64,000 bases of DNA from Thermoanaerobaculales bacterium (GCA_029287235.1 JARFRM010000199.1:484-64483); one strand, 5' to 3'. Numbered from the stretch's first letter, positions 8,737-18,089 are shown. A program made the numbers and translations. The notes: a model not told the origin generated them from the letters alone.

Positions 8737-11397
8737 ATGGCGCACGCATTAATCATCGTCGAGTCGCCGGCCAAGGCCCGAACCATCTCCCGTTTTCTTG
8801 GGGACGACTACATCGTGGAGTCATCCATCGGCCACATCCGGGACCTCCCATCCACCGCCTCCGAGATTCCCAAGAAGTACAAAGCTGAGAAGTGGGCTCG
8901 GCTCGGCGTCGATGTGGATCAGGACTTCAAACCCCTCTACGTGATCCCGAGCAGCAAGAAGAAACAGGTCGACACCCTCAAGAAGAAGCTCAAGGGTGCC
9001 ACGGAGCTCTACCTCGCAACTGACGAAGACCGCGAAGGGGAGGCGATCGCCTGGCATTTGATCGAGGTTCTGAAGCCGAAGATCCCGGTCAAACGACTGG
9101 TTTTTCACGAGATCACGAGGGCGGCCATTGCTCAGGCCCTCGAGTCGCCACGGGAGATTGACGACCAGCTCGTCGCCGCGCAGGAAGCGCGGCGCATTCT
9201 CGACCGTCTCGTGGGTTACGAGATCTCACCGGTATTGTGGCGCAAGCTGCGTCCCAAGCTCTCGGCCGGGCGTGTCCAATCGGTGGCGACCCGACTCATC
9301 GTCGCTCGCGAGGAGACGCGGATGCGTTTCATCGAGGCCACCTTCAGCCGGATCGAAGCCCGATTCGCGGCCGACGCTGGAACCCGATATTCGGCCCGGC
9401 TTGCCGAGCTCGATGGGAAGAGGATCGCGCTCGGCAAGGACTTCGACTCCGAGACCGGCTCACCGAAGAACGACCAGATTCTGGTACTCGACAGCTCCAC
9501 GGCGACGAATTTGGCGGACGAGCTCGGCGGCGCGAGCTTCACCGTCGATGAGGTCAAGGAGAAGCCCTTCACAACGCGGCCTTATCCGCCGTTCATGACC
9601 TCGACACTTCAGCAGGAAGCGTCGCGCAAGCTCCGGTTCAACGCGCAGCGCACTATGCGGGTGGCACAAAGCCTGTACGAGAATGGCTACATCACCTACA
9701 TGCGAACCGACAGCTTCACCCTCTCCAGAGAGGCGCTGCGGGCGGCCCGGTCGCAGGTCCGGGAGCTCTACGGTGGGGACTTCCTGCCCGACAACCCGAG
9801 GGTCTACAAATCGAGGTCGAAAAACGCCCAGGAGGCTCATGAGGCGATCCGGCCGGCGGGTGAGCAATTCCGCACCCCGAAGAGCCTGTCCTCACAGCTC
9901 GACCGCGATCAGATCCGCCTCTACGAACTGATCTGGCAGCGCACCCTCGCTTCGCAGATGCGGGACGCCACCGGGGTCAAGACCGAGGTCAGAATGTCGG
10001 CCCCGACCACAGCGAACGGTTCCGCCGTCTTCACCACCTCGGGAAAGGTCCTCACCTTCCCGGGCTTCATCCGCGCCTATGTCGAGGGCGCCGATGACCC
10101 GCGCGCCGACATGCCCGACAAGGAGAAAATCCTCCCCAGGCTCGCCACCGGTCAGACCATGACTGCTGACCGGGTCACGGCAACCGACCACACCACCCAA
10201 CCGACGCCGCGGTACACCGAAGCGACCCTGGTCAAGGAGCTCGAAGCCCGCGGCATCGGCAGACCCTCGACCTACGCCACCATCATCCAGACCATCCAGG
10301 AAAGGGGCTATGTCTGGAACAAGGGTCAGACGTTGGTTCCCACCTTCACCGCCATCGCGGTGGTCCGGCTGCTCGAGAAACATCTGCCCGATCTCGTGGA
10401 CTACGACTTCACCGCCCGGATGGAGGACGAGCTCGACGCCATCGCCGGCGGCGAACGCGAGACCGGGCCCTGGCTGAGGGACTTCTACTTCGGTGGTTCC
10501 AACAGCGGCAACGGACGACCCATCATGCGCATGGGGCTCCAGGGTCTTCTCACCGAGACGGTCGAGGGCATCCACCCTCGAGAGGCCTCGAAGATCCTCA
10601 TCGGCACAACGGAGAACGACGAAGAAGTCGTCGTCCGCATCGGTCGCTATGGTCCCTACGCCCAGCTCGGCGAGGAGGGCGCGAGGGCCACCGTGCCGGA
10701 CGAGCTCCCCCCCGACGAGCTCACCGTGACCCGCGCGTTGGAGTTGATCAAACAGACCGAGACCGGTGGTCGAGATCTCGGCGCCCACCCGGAGAACGGC
10801 GAGGAGATCTTCCTCAAAGAGGGGCGCTACGGGCCCTATGTCCAGCTCGGCGAGAACGGCGCCGACACAAAACCGAAGATGGCCAGTCTCTGGCCGGGAA
10901 TGACCGTGGATTCCGTCACCCTCGATGACGCGGTCAGACTGCTGTCCTTCCCACGCGAGGTGGGCCCGCATCCGGACACCGGCGAGATGATCACGGCCCT
11001 GGTCGGTCGTTACGGACCCTATATCTCGATGGGCAAAGAGAATCGTTCACTGCCCAGCCACGACAGCCTGATCAGCCTGACGGTCGACGAGGCGGTGGAG
11101 CTCTTCAAACAGCCCAAGGGCGGTCGAGGGCGGAGTGCAGCGGCAGTGCTGAAGGAGCTTGGCCCACACCCCGAAAGCAAGGAGAACCTCCAGGTCAAGA
11201 CCGGCCGTTACGGACCGTATGTCACCGACGGAACCGTCAACGCGACCATCCCCAAGGGCACCGACCCGGAATCGCTCACGATGGAACAGGCGGTGGAGCT
11301 CATCACCAAACGCGAAGAGCGCATGAGAGCACAGGGCAAGGACCCGAGGGCGAAGAAGAAAAAGAAGGCCGCACCAAAGCGGAAGAAGAAAGCATAA
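8737..11397 (+). CDS. topA: DNA topoisomerase I (type IA)
   Basis: TOPRIM start LIIVESPAKA. Four C-terminal GRYGPY repeats without zinc ribbons. Lys-rich tail KKKKKAAPKRKKKA. Start set at Met 8737. Confidence 0.92.
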   Translation: MAHALIIVESPAKARTISRFLGDDYIVESSIGHIRDLPSTASEIPKKYKAEKWARLGVDVDQDFKPLYVIPSSKKKQVDTLKKKLKGATELYLATDEDREGEAIAWHLIEVLKPKIPVKRLVFHEITRAAIAQALESPREIDDQLVAAQEARRILDRLVGYEISPVLWRKLRPKLSAGRVQSVATRLIVAREETRMRFIEATFSRIEARFAADAGTRYSARLAELDGKRIALGKDFDSETGSPKNDQILVLDSSTATNLADELGGASFTVDEVKEKPFTTRPYPPFMTSTLQQEASRKLRFNAQRTMRVAQSLYENGYITYMRTDSFTLSREALRAARSQVRELYGGDFLPDNPRVYKSRSKNAQEAHEAIRPAGEQFRTPKSLSSQLDRDQIRLYELIWQRTLASQMRDATGVKTEVRMSAPTTANGSAVFTTSGKVLTFPGFIRAYVEGADDPRADMPDKEKILPRLATGQTMTADRVTATDHTTQPTPRYTEATLVKELEARGIGRPSTYATIIQTIQERGYVWNKGQTLVPTFTAIAVVRLLEKHLPDLVDYDFTARMEDELDAIAGGERETGPWLRDFYFGGSNSGNGRPIMRMGLQGLLTETVEGIHPREASKILIGTTENDEEVVVRIGRYGPYAQLGEEGARATVPDELPPDELTVTRALELIKQTETGGRDLGAHPENGEEIFLKEGRYGPYVQLGENGADTKPKMASLWPGMTVDSVTLDDAVRLLSFPREVGPHPDTGEMITALVGRYGPYISMGKENRSLPSHDSLISLTVDEAVELFKQPKGGRGRSAAAVLKELGPHPESKENLQVKTGRYGPYVTDGTVNATIPKGTDPESLTMEQAVELITKREERMRAQGKDPRAKKKKKAAPKRKKKA

Positions 11398-11496
11398 GCT
11401 GTTAGTTGTCAGCTTTTAGCTCTTAGCTTCATCGCATAGCCTCCAAGTGCACCCTGTGATGGAAGGCTAACAGCTAACAGCTAACGCCTTACAGCT
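11398..11496. repeat. imperfect long inverted repeat built from GTTAG/CTAAC oligomers
   Basis: Left arm AGCTGTTAGTTGTCAGCTTTTAGCTCTTAGCTTCATC and right arm GATGGAAGGCTAACAGCTAACAGCTAACGCCTTACAGCT, with a 24-nt loop. Directly follows the topA stop. Confidence 0.6.
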
Positions 11497-11501
11497 CAAG
11501 A

Positions 11502-11530
11502 TTGACACGGCATCTCAAGCCGTGTACACT
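11502..11530 (+). promoter_or_regulatory. candidate sigma70-type promoter for rpmG
   Basis: TTGACA (11502-11507), 17-nt spacer, TACACT (11525-11530). GGAGGA lies 7 nt before the ATG at 11561. Confidence 0.45.
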
Positions 11531-11560
11531 CCCGCGACCTCGTGTCTGGAGGATATCGGC

Positions 11561-11722
11561 ATGGCAGGAAAAGGGCATCGCATCACCATCAAGCTCAAGA
11601 GTACGGCGAGTCCGTATATGTATTCGGTGAAAAAGAACAAGCAGAACACCCCCGACCGGCTCGAGATCAAGAAGTACGATCCCGTCGTGCGCAAGCACGT
11701 CATCTTCAAAGAGTCTCGCTGA
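11561..11722 (+). CDS. rpmG: 50S ribosomal protein L33
   Basis: [51 protein letters not shown] is a typical L33 sequence. Start trimmed to Met 11561. Confidence 0.9.
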   Translation: MAGKGHRITIKLKSTASPYMYSVKKNKQNTPDRLEIKKYDPVVRKHVIFKESR

Positions 11723-11768
11723 CGTCAGCAGCTGGAGGGCGCCCGCCGGCGCACGCGCCGACGTCGAA

Positions 11769-11812
11769 GACCCGGACCACAACGGAAACCCCGGAGGTCC
11801 GGGTCTTACTCT
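11769..11812 (+). terminator. hairpin terminator candidate after rpmG
   Basis: GACCCGGACC (11769-11778) pairs perfectly with GGTCCGGGTC (11796-11805), followed by TTACTCTGT. Confidence 0.55.
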
Positions 11813-11830
11813 GTCTGGTAGCCGGTCGAA

Positions 11831-11968
11831 ACATCGCATTTGAACCGCAAAGGCGATAGGGACGCGAAGCCATCGCTGCATTGCAACGTCACATCGTCGC
11901 AACCACGAAGGTACGAAGACATCGCAATGCTTCGCGTCCCTTGCGTCTTTGCGGTTCAACCCCGCGAT
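11831..11968. repeat. copy 2 of dispersed repeat family, full inverted-repeat form
   Basis: The 31-nt arms 11840-11870 and 11929-11959 are complementary at all but 3 positions (hand check), with a 58-nt centre. Outer ATCGC/GCGAT pairing extends the stem. Confidence 0.65.
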
Positions 11969-12035
11969 CGCCTCGGACAATCGCGATTCTGTATCATGAT
12001 CAAGCTGTCACACCCGGAAGGAGACCCGACCGACA

Positions 12036-13265
12036 ATGGATGTCCTCAGAGAATTCCTCGAGTTCATCGAGTCTTCGAAACCGGAGTCCGTGGAAAAGCT
12101 GATGCGCCGAGTGCTGCTCAAATGCCGCGAGCTCACGGGCGCTGAGGCCGGCACCATCTTCATCCTCCGCGGCCGTGGACGCCACGCACGCCTCGAGGCG
12201 GCCGATTCACAGAACGATGTCATCGCGGTCAAGCCGACCTCCTTCGTTCTGCCCATCACGACCTCGTCCATCGCCGGCTACACAGCCGCCACCGGTGAGA
12301 CTGTGTTCGTCGACAACCTCTACGATCTCCCAACCAGCGTTCCCTACACCTTCGACCGTCGATTCGACAAGCGGCATGGATACCACAGCCGTTCAATGCT
12401 CTCCTTCCCCCTTCTCAACTACGACCGCAGGGTGGTCGGCGTGGTCCAGCTCATCAACCGGCGAACCGCCGAGTCCGCTACGCCCATGGCCTTCGGCGAG
12501 GAGCAGGCCGGACTCATCGTGCCGGTCAACCACATCGTCGGCAGCGCCATCGAGCGCACCGACATGCTGCACCGCATCAAGGCAAAGAACGTCAGGCTTC
12601 GGGATCGGAACAAGATCCTCGCCGTACAGCAGGAGAAGATCGCCGCCCTGCAGGACGAGACCGAAGAGGCGTTTCAGCTCTCCATCAATCTCCTCGCCCG
12701 GGCGGCGGAGGTGCACGACACCAACACCGCATCGCACGTCGTGCGGGTCAACGAGTACTCATACTTCATCGCCCAAACACTCCGGATGCCGCGAGGGTTC
12801 TGCGAAGAGATCCGCTACTCGGCCCAGCTCCATGACGTCGGTAAGATGAGCGTGGATGGCAGGGTTCTCCGCAAGAAGGGGCCGCTCGACGACGACGAAC
12901 GGGGCGAGATGAACCAGCATCCGTTCTTCGGCTATCGGATTCTCGAGTCCTCGGACCGGCTGCAGATGGCGGCCGCCATCGCCCTCAACCATCACGAGCG
13001 TTGGGATGGATCCGGCTATCCGAATGGACGACGCGGAGACGAGATCCCCGTCGAGGCGCGGATCGTCTCCCTTGCCGACATCTACGATGCCCTCCGCGCG
13101 GCGCGCCCATACAAGCCGGGATTCAGCCACGACGAGGCACAGAAGATCATCCTCGAGGGCGACAACCGGATGGACCCGGAAAGGCACTTCGATCCCGAGC
13201 TGCGGCGGCTCTTCGTCGAGCATCACGGAGGGATGGCCGAGATCTGGGATCGGATCGCGGATTGA
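12036..13265 (+). CDS. GAF-domain HD-GYP phosphodiesterase (c-di-GMP hydrolase family)
   Basis: N-terminal GAF-like region. HDVGKM and HHERWDGSGYP motifs diagnostic of HD-GYP. Confidence 0.85.
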   Translation: MDVLREFLEFIESSKPESVEKLMRRVLLKCRELTGAEAGTIFILRGRGRHARLEAADSQNDVIAVKPTSFVLPITTSSIAGYTAATGETVFVDNLYDLPTSVPYTFDRRFDKRHGYHSRSMLSFPLLNYDRRVVGVVQLINRRTAESATPMAFGEEQAGLIVPVNHIVGSAIERTDMLHRIKAKNVRLRDRNKILAVQQEKIAALQDETEEAFQLSINLLARAAEVHDTNTASHVVRVNEYSYFIAQTLRMPRGFCEEIRYSAQLHDVGKMSVDGRVLRKKGPLDDDERGEMNQHPFFGYRILESSDRLQMAAAIALNHHERWDGSGYPNGRRGDEIPVEARIVSLADIYDALRAARPYKPGFSHDEAQKIILEGDNRMDPERHFDPELRRLFVEHHGGMAEIWDRIAD

Positions 13266-13384
13266 TCACGTCGGCTCAAGGAGGCGATGGGAGGAGAGCC
13301 AGGCACGCAACGTTTCGTCGGTCAAAGGTCGGATGCCGAGCACCCATTCTGCGGGCTGTCGAAGTATCGGCAGGCCGGCCCCCA

Positions 13385-13560
13385 CTCCTCTCCTTCTAAC
13401 CTTCTAACCTCCTAACCTTCTAACCTCCTAACCTTCTAACCTCCTAACCTTCTAACTTCCTAACCTTCTAACCTTCTAACTTCCTAACCTTCTAACCTCC
13501 TCTCCTTCTAACCTCCTAACCTTCTAACTTCCTCACTTCCTCACTTCCTCACTTCCTACG
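13385..13560. repeat. 8-bp tandem repeat, 22 units, consensus YTYCTAAC
   Basis: Parsed by hand into 22 consecutive octamers (CTTCTAAC / CTCCTAAC / TTCCTAAC, degenerating to TTCCTCAC). Plus strand contains no G from 13379 to 13559. Confidence 0.9.
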
Positions 13561-13583
13561 ATTATCGAGTATCATTCCTTTCC

Positions 13584-14234
13584 ATGGGCAAACTCATCGA
13601 TCCCGCCCGGACCCGCAGGGCGCAGGAGGCGCGCAAAGAGCGAGCCAAGAAGATCCTCGAAGCCGCACACAATGCGTTCACCCGCTTTCCCTACTCTGAG
13701 ATCAGTCTCGACACCCTCGGGCAACACGCGGGCGTCAAACAGGGCCAGGCGACTCTCGCCTTCCGGAGTCGTGAGGCGCTCTTCATGACGGTGATTCAGG
13801 CCCAGCTGAGGGGTTGGTACGAGGCCCTCGAAGCCGATCTGAGCAGCTCCGACGATCCGTTGAGTCCCGAGGACGCCGCCGATATCGTGGCATCGAGTCT
13901 GGCTCAGCGACCCGACCTGACGCGCCTCCTGGGCCCGCTCCACATGGCCATGGAGCTGCACGACGACGGGATGGAGATCCACCAGTTCTACCGCTGGCAA
14001 CGGGAGCAACTTCTGGATCTCGCCCAGACCATGACGAAGAGAATCCCCGGAGCCCACCAATGGGACTGCTTCGATGTACTCTACCGCAGCCAGCTCGTCG
14101 CTGCCGCAGTCCACCCCGTGAGCAGGCCGGTGGGCAACCTCGCCGTCGATCTCATGGCGGAAGAGCACCAGGTCTTCGCCCTCGACCTCGAAGACGAGGT
14201 TCGCCGCCTCGTCACTGACTGCCTCAAGGACTGA
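13584..14234 (+). CDS. TetR/AcrR-family transcriptional regulator
   Basis: N-terminal HTH-like block ILEAAHNAFTRFPYSEISLDTLGQHAGVKQGQATLAFRSREALF. Helical C-terminal domain. TATCAT lies 8 nt upstream of the ATG and there is no SD. Confidence 0.6.
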   Translation: MGKLIDPARTRRAQEARKERAKKILEAAHNAFTRFPYSEISLDTLGQHAGVKQGQATLAFRSREALFMTVIQAQLRGWYEALEADLSSSDDPLSPEDAADIVASSLAQRPDLTRLLGPLHMAMELHDDGMEIHQFYRWQREQLLDLAQTMTKRIPGAHQWDCFDVLYRSQLVAAAVHPVSRPVGNLAVDLMAEEHQVFALDLEDEVRRLVTDCLKD

Positions 14235-14244
14235 CTTCAGACAG

Positions 14245-15363
14245 TCACTTCAGCCGGAGCTGACCGCCTTTGAGGAGTTTCCAGACCACCAGCAGGGCGT
14301 CGATCTCGGCGAGCGGCGAGATCTTCACGATATTTTCCAGCGAGTTCACGCCATCGATCCTGGAGAGAATAAAACCCTCGCTCGGTTCGAGATTGAGCTT
14401 CCCCACTTCGTGGGCGCCGATTGCGAGCACCGGAACCGATTTCGGCCCGAGGCCTTCGTTGCGGAGCCGTCCACGGACATCGAGTTCCACATCGGCGATG
14501 TTTTCGCGCAACGAACGGTCGTGGGGCTCGAGACTCGCTGCGGCCTGAAGGTGCCGCATCGTCCGTTCGATTTCTCCATTCTCGAGGTGCTCCCGCGCGA
14601 CCTTCACCAGCGCAGCGCCCGACATCCCCGTTTCGAGCTCCTCGTTTCTGGGTGCGGTCCGCGGCCGAACGATCTTGAGCCGTTTCTCCTGCATTTGGTG
14701 GAAGAGGATGTCGCAGACGAAAAACTCGCTGGAGTGAGTGTGGAGACAGATATCCTCGATGGATCTGTCGTCATCCACCGATTCGAGCACGCTGCGGCGG
14801 CCGAGATCGATGTCATCGGCATCGTCCAGCAGCGGGCGCACCGACACCGGAACGCACAACATTGAAGGGATCACTTCAGCAATTCGCGCCCATTCATCGA
14901 GCCGGCGCATGCCCTCGAGCACCAGACCCTGGACATCGAGGGAGATGGGCACCAGCTCATAGCCGGGGAGCTCACCATCGAGGAAGCGGAACCGCCCGGT
15001 GACCCAGGTGAAGAGGTCGAAAATCGCCTCTTCCGCCTTGAGCCGAAGCATCTGGTTCAGCCGCTCCTCGGTGATCGCTCCCCGCTGCACGAGAAGCTCC
15101 CCCAGCATCTTGCTCTGTCGTTCCTGATCGATCATCGCACCCCGGAGATCCGACTCATCGATGGCGCCATGGCTGACGAGAAAGTGGCCGAGAAACTCGC
15201 GGGGATCGGTCGAGGTGCAGGAGACGATCACGCCCTCGCGGATGTAGATCCTCTTGGTGACATCGCCGCTGATGACGTGGACTGTTCCTGTCTGCCGCCC
15301 GTTTGACGCCCACTGGAGCAGGTCCGCCACCGGCATGGTCTCGAGGTTTCCTGCAAAAGCCAC
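14245..15363 (-). CDS. DUF4388 (PATAN-like) domain protein
   Basis: N-terminal GNLETMPVADLLQWASNGRQTGTVHV pattern typical of DUF4388. GTG start. Confidence 0.6.
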   Translation of the reverse strand: MAFAGNLETMPVADLLQWASNGRQTGTVHVISGDVTKRIYIREGVIVSCTSTDPREFLGHFLVSHGAIDESDLRGAMIDQERQSKMLGELLVQRGAITEERLNQMLRLKAEEAIFDLFTWVTGRFRFLDGELPGYELVPISLDVQGLVLEGMRRLDEWARIAEVIPSMLCVPVSVRPLLDDADDIDLGRRSVLESVDDDRSIEDICLHTHSSEFFVCDILFHQMQEKRLKIVRPRTAPRNEELETGMSGAALVKVAREHLENGEIERTMRHLQAAASLEPHDRSLRENIADVELDVRGRLRNEGLGPKSVPVLAIGAHEVGKLNLEPSEGFILSRIDGVNSLENIVKISPLAEIDALLVVWKLLKGGQLRLK

Positions 15364-15437
15364 CCAGCGCTCCTAACCTGTTCCCAGCCGCAAACCCCGG
15401 CGGGGTAAGCGTAAGCCTGGATGCGAAATGCGGCGGC

Positions 15438-15923
15438 TCACTCCTCGGTCTCCACCCGGGTCCAGAAGGTGGTTCGGCCGATCATGGAAACCCCGATGAA
15501 GCCCCTGACCTTGAGCACCTTTTCGTTGTCGCCGAACTTGATCTTGCACTTGTAGGTCTTTCCGTTGTCGGGATCATAGATCGTGCCCTTGTGCCAGATC
15601 CCCTTTCCCTTGTAGACGAAGTCCTTGGTGATCAGAAGCCCGACGACCGGCTCGTGCCGGAGATCGGGATCCGGGTTGTTGAGGTCGGTCTTCTCTTCCC
15701 CGGGCGTCCCCTTCGGGTCGTCGGGCGGGTAGACCGGCTGGGCCAACCAGATGATCTTGCCGTGGTACTTGCCATTCTCCTTGTAGACCTCGACATGAGC
15801 TTCCCCGCCCCCGCCTTCGGGGTCGGTGGCCCACAGACCCAGGATTGCATCGCCATCCTGCGCCACGGCCGGAGTTGCGCTCAACAGAATCGTCAAAACG
15901 AACGGTAGTGCCGACTGTCGCAT
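15438..15923 (-). CDS. DUF2147 domain secreted protein
   Basis: Signal peptide followed by GLWATD...GKIIWL...GTIYDPDNGKTYKCKIKF...LKVRGFIG, the DUF2147 pattern. Confidence 0.75.
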   Translation of the reverse strand: MRQSALPFVLTILLSATPAVAQDGDAILGLWATDPEGGGGEAHVEVYKENGKYHGKIIWLAQPVYPPDDPKGTPGEEKTDLNNPDPDLRHEPVVGLLITKDFVYKGKGIWHKGTIYDPDNGKTYKCKIKFGDNEKVLKVRGFIGVSMIGRTTFWTRVETEE

Positions 15924-16022
15924 TTCGCCATCCTCCTTCTCGAGCCCGCCGAACTCATATCATAGCGTTTCTCGTCGCTCGGTTGCGGTCAGGCGCGGGT
16001 CGAGTCGTGGCGAGTGCGATGA

Positions 16023-16049
16023 CTCTGCGTCTCTGCGTCTTTGCACTTC
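16023..16049. repeat. partial copy 3 of dispersed repeat family
   Basis: CTCTGCGTCTCTGCGTCTTTGCACTTC shares the TGCGTCTTTGC core. About three quarters identity, with one gap, to 11929-11957. Confidence 0.45.
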
Positions 16050-16114
16050 TGATCTGGATTGCGATCAATCCCATCCAGTAGCGAGATACGGGTATCGTGT
16101 ATTCTCCCTCGGCG

Positions 16115-18034
16115 ATGATTGCGGTCTCCGACCTCGGCAAGGACTTCGGCGCCCAGACCCTTTTCCAGGGTGCGAGCTTTCAGCTCAACCCCGGGGATCG
16201 CTACGGGCTGGTGGGAGCCAACGGCTCGGGCAAGACCACGTTGTTGCGCATGCTCGCCGGCGAGGAAGAGCCGAGCATCGGGTCCGTTTCCCGCCCGAGG
16301 AGGCTCCGTCTCGGATTGCTCGAGCAGGATCACTTCCGCTTCGAAGAGCTGCCGATCATCGAGGTCGTGATGATGGGCCATGAAACCCTGTGGCGGGCGA
16401 TGACCGACAAGCACGCCATTCTCGAGCAGGCCGACACCGATTTCGACGCCGACCGCTACGCCGAGCTCGAAGACATCGTCGTCAGCCTCGACGGCTACTC
16501 CTTCGAAGCCCGGGCGGGTGAGATCCTCGAGGGTCTCGGAATTCCCTCCGGGCAACACCGACAACCACTGTCCACGCTTTCAGGGGGTTTCAAGCTCAGG
16601 GTTCTTCTGGCCCGGGTGCTGGCTTCGGATCCCGACAGCCTCTTCCTCGACGAGCCCACCAACCACCTCGACATCCTCTCCATCCGGTGGCTCGAGAAGT
16701 TTCTCCTCGATTATCCCGGCTGTACGGTGGTGATCTCCCACGACCACCGATTCCTGAACAACGTCTGCACCCACATCCTCGATGTCGACTACGAGACGGT
16801 GACCCTCTACACCGGGAACTTCACCGCCTTCACCGAGGCCAAGGAACAAGAACGGACCCGCAAAGAGGCGGAAATCGCAAAGCGCGAAAAGGAGATCGCC
16901 GGCCATCAGGCCTTCGTCGACCGCTTCCGGGCGAAGAACACCAAGGCCCGTCAGGCCCAGAGCAAGGTCAAGCAGATCGAGAAGCTGGTGATCGAGCGTC
17001 TCCCGCGGTCGTCGAGGCGCTACCCCATCTTCGACATCACCCAGCAGCGGCCGAGCGGCAAACAGGTTCTCGAGATCGAGTCCATCTCCAAGTCCTTCGG
17101 CAAGGAACGGGTCCTCAACGGGGTCTCTCTCAACCTTCGCCGGGGTGACAGATTGGCGATCATCGGGCCCAACGGGATCGGCAAGTCCACCCTGCTCAAG
17201 ATCATCATGGGCCACCTCGAAGCCGACGCCGGAACAGTGGAATGGGGTCACCAGATTTTTCCCGGGTATTTCGCCCAGGACCACCGCGAGCTCCTGGCGG
17301 GTTCCGACGGCACGGTCGAGAGCTGGCTCGGCGCGGCCTGTCCGGGTCAGACCATCGGCTGGGTAAGGGCTCAGCTCGCCAAGGTCCTCTTCTCGGGCGA
17401 CGAGGTCGAAAAGAAGGTCGCGAGCCTCTCAGGCGGTGAAGCCGCACGGCTGATCTTCGCCCGACTCGCCGTCGACCACCCCAACGTGCTGGTCCTCGAC
17501 GAGCCCACAAACCATCTCGACCTCGAGGCCATCGAGGCTCTGGTCGATGCGCTCAAGGCATACGACGGCACCCTGATCTTCGTCGCTCACGATCGCTGGT
17601 TCGTGTCTCAGCTTGCCAGCCGCATCCTCGAGATCACGGACAACCGCCTCAACGACTACCCCGGGACCTACGATGAGTATCTCGCGAACTGCGGCGACGA
17701 CCACCTCGATGCCGAGGCCGCGACGCTGCGGGCCAAGCGTCAGCGAAGGAAGGGCGTCGCGGCCCGCGATCCCCAACCTCCCGACAAGGATGCCAGGAGA
17801 GAGGCCAAACGGAGGAAAGATCTCGGCCTCCGGCTCGAAGTCGTCACCGCTGCGGTCGAAAAGGCCGAGGCGAGGGTCGAAGCCATCGACGCCGCGTTCT
17901 GTCAGGATGGTTTCTTCGACGACACCGAGGCATCGAAGATCCGCGCCATGCAGCAGGAGCGGACCGATCTTCAGACCGAGATCGAGAAGCACATGGAGGA
18001 GTGGGAGTCAATCGAAGGCGAACTGGCGGAGTAG
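16115..18034 (+). CDS. ABC-F family ATPase (two ABC domains, no TM domain)
   Basis: Two Walker A sites (GANGSGKTT, GPNGIGKST), two LSGG signatures, and a charged coiled-coil linker and tail. Start preferred at Met MIAVSDL (16115). GTG 16097 is possible. Confidence 0.9.
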   Translation: MIAVSDLGKDFGAQTLFQGASFQLNPGDRYGLVGANGSGKTTLLRMLAGEEEPSIGSVSRPRRLRLGLLEQDHFRFEELPIIEVVMMGHETLWRAMTDKHAILEQADTDFDADRYAELEDIVVSLDGYSFEARAGEILEGLGIPSGQHRQPLSTLSGGFKLRVLLARVLASDPDSLFLDEPTNHLDILSIRWLEKFLLDYPGCTVVISHDHRFLNNVCTHILDVDYETVTLYTGNFTAFTEAKEQERTRKEAEIAKREKEIAGHQAFVDRFRAKNTKARQAQSKVKQIEKLVIERLPRSSRRYPIFDITQQRPSGKQVLEIESISKSFGKERVLNGVSLNLRRGDRLAIIGPNGIGKSTLLKIIMGHLEADAGTVEWGHQIFPGYFAQDHRELLAGSDGTVESWLGAACPGQTIGWVRAQLAKVLFSGDEVEKKVASLSGGEAARLIFARLAVDHPNVLVLDEPTNHLDLEAIEALVDALKAYDGTLIFVAHDRWFVSQLASRILEITDNRLNDYPGTYDEYLANCGDDHLDAEAATLRAKRQRRKGVAARDPQPPDKDARREAKRRKDLGLRLEVVTAAVEKAEARVEAIDAAFCQDGFFDDTEASKIRAMQQERTDLQTEIEKHMEEWESIEGELAE

Positions 18035-18036
18035 GG

Positions 18037-18070
18037 CAGCGGCAGGGTCAGCGGCAGGGTCAGCGGCAGG
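18037..18070. repeat. 12-bp tandem repeat CAGCGGCAGGGT, about 2.8 copies
   Basis: Read directly. Lies between the ABC-F stop and the four-helix-bundle ORF. Confidence 0.7.
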
Positions 18071-18089
18071 CATAGCAATCTCGCTCGTG

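Noticed and set aside
11949-11975. tRNA-like T-arm (TGCGG-TTCAACC-CCGCG) followed by a possible acceptor strand.
   Set aside because: The matching 5' acceptor sequence (AGGCGAT) lies more than 100 nt upstream. No D-arm or anticodon arm can be drawn. The resemblance comes from the inverted-repeat element itself.
11489-12145. ORFs 11489-11980 (minus), 11542-11859 (plus) and 11840-12145 (plus).
   Set aside because: They overlap rpmG, its terminator and the inverted-repeat element. Their peptides, such as NRKGDRDAK and VPCVFAV, are simply translations of the repeat arms.
13385-13560. Possible CRISPR array.
   Set aside because: The units are 8 bp and contiguous, with no spacers. There are no cas genes. 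It is a microsatellite.
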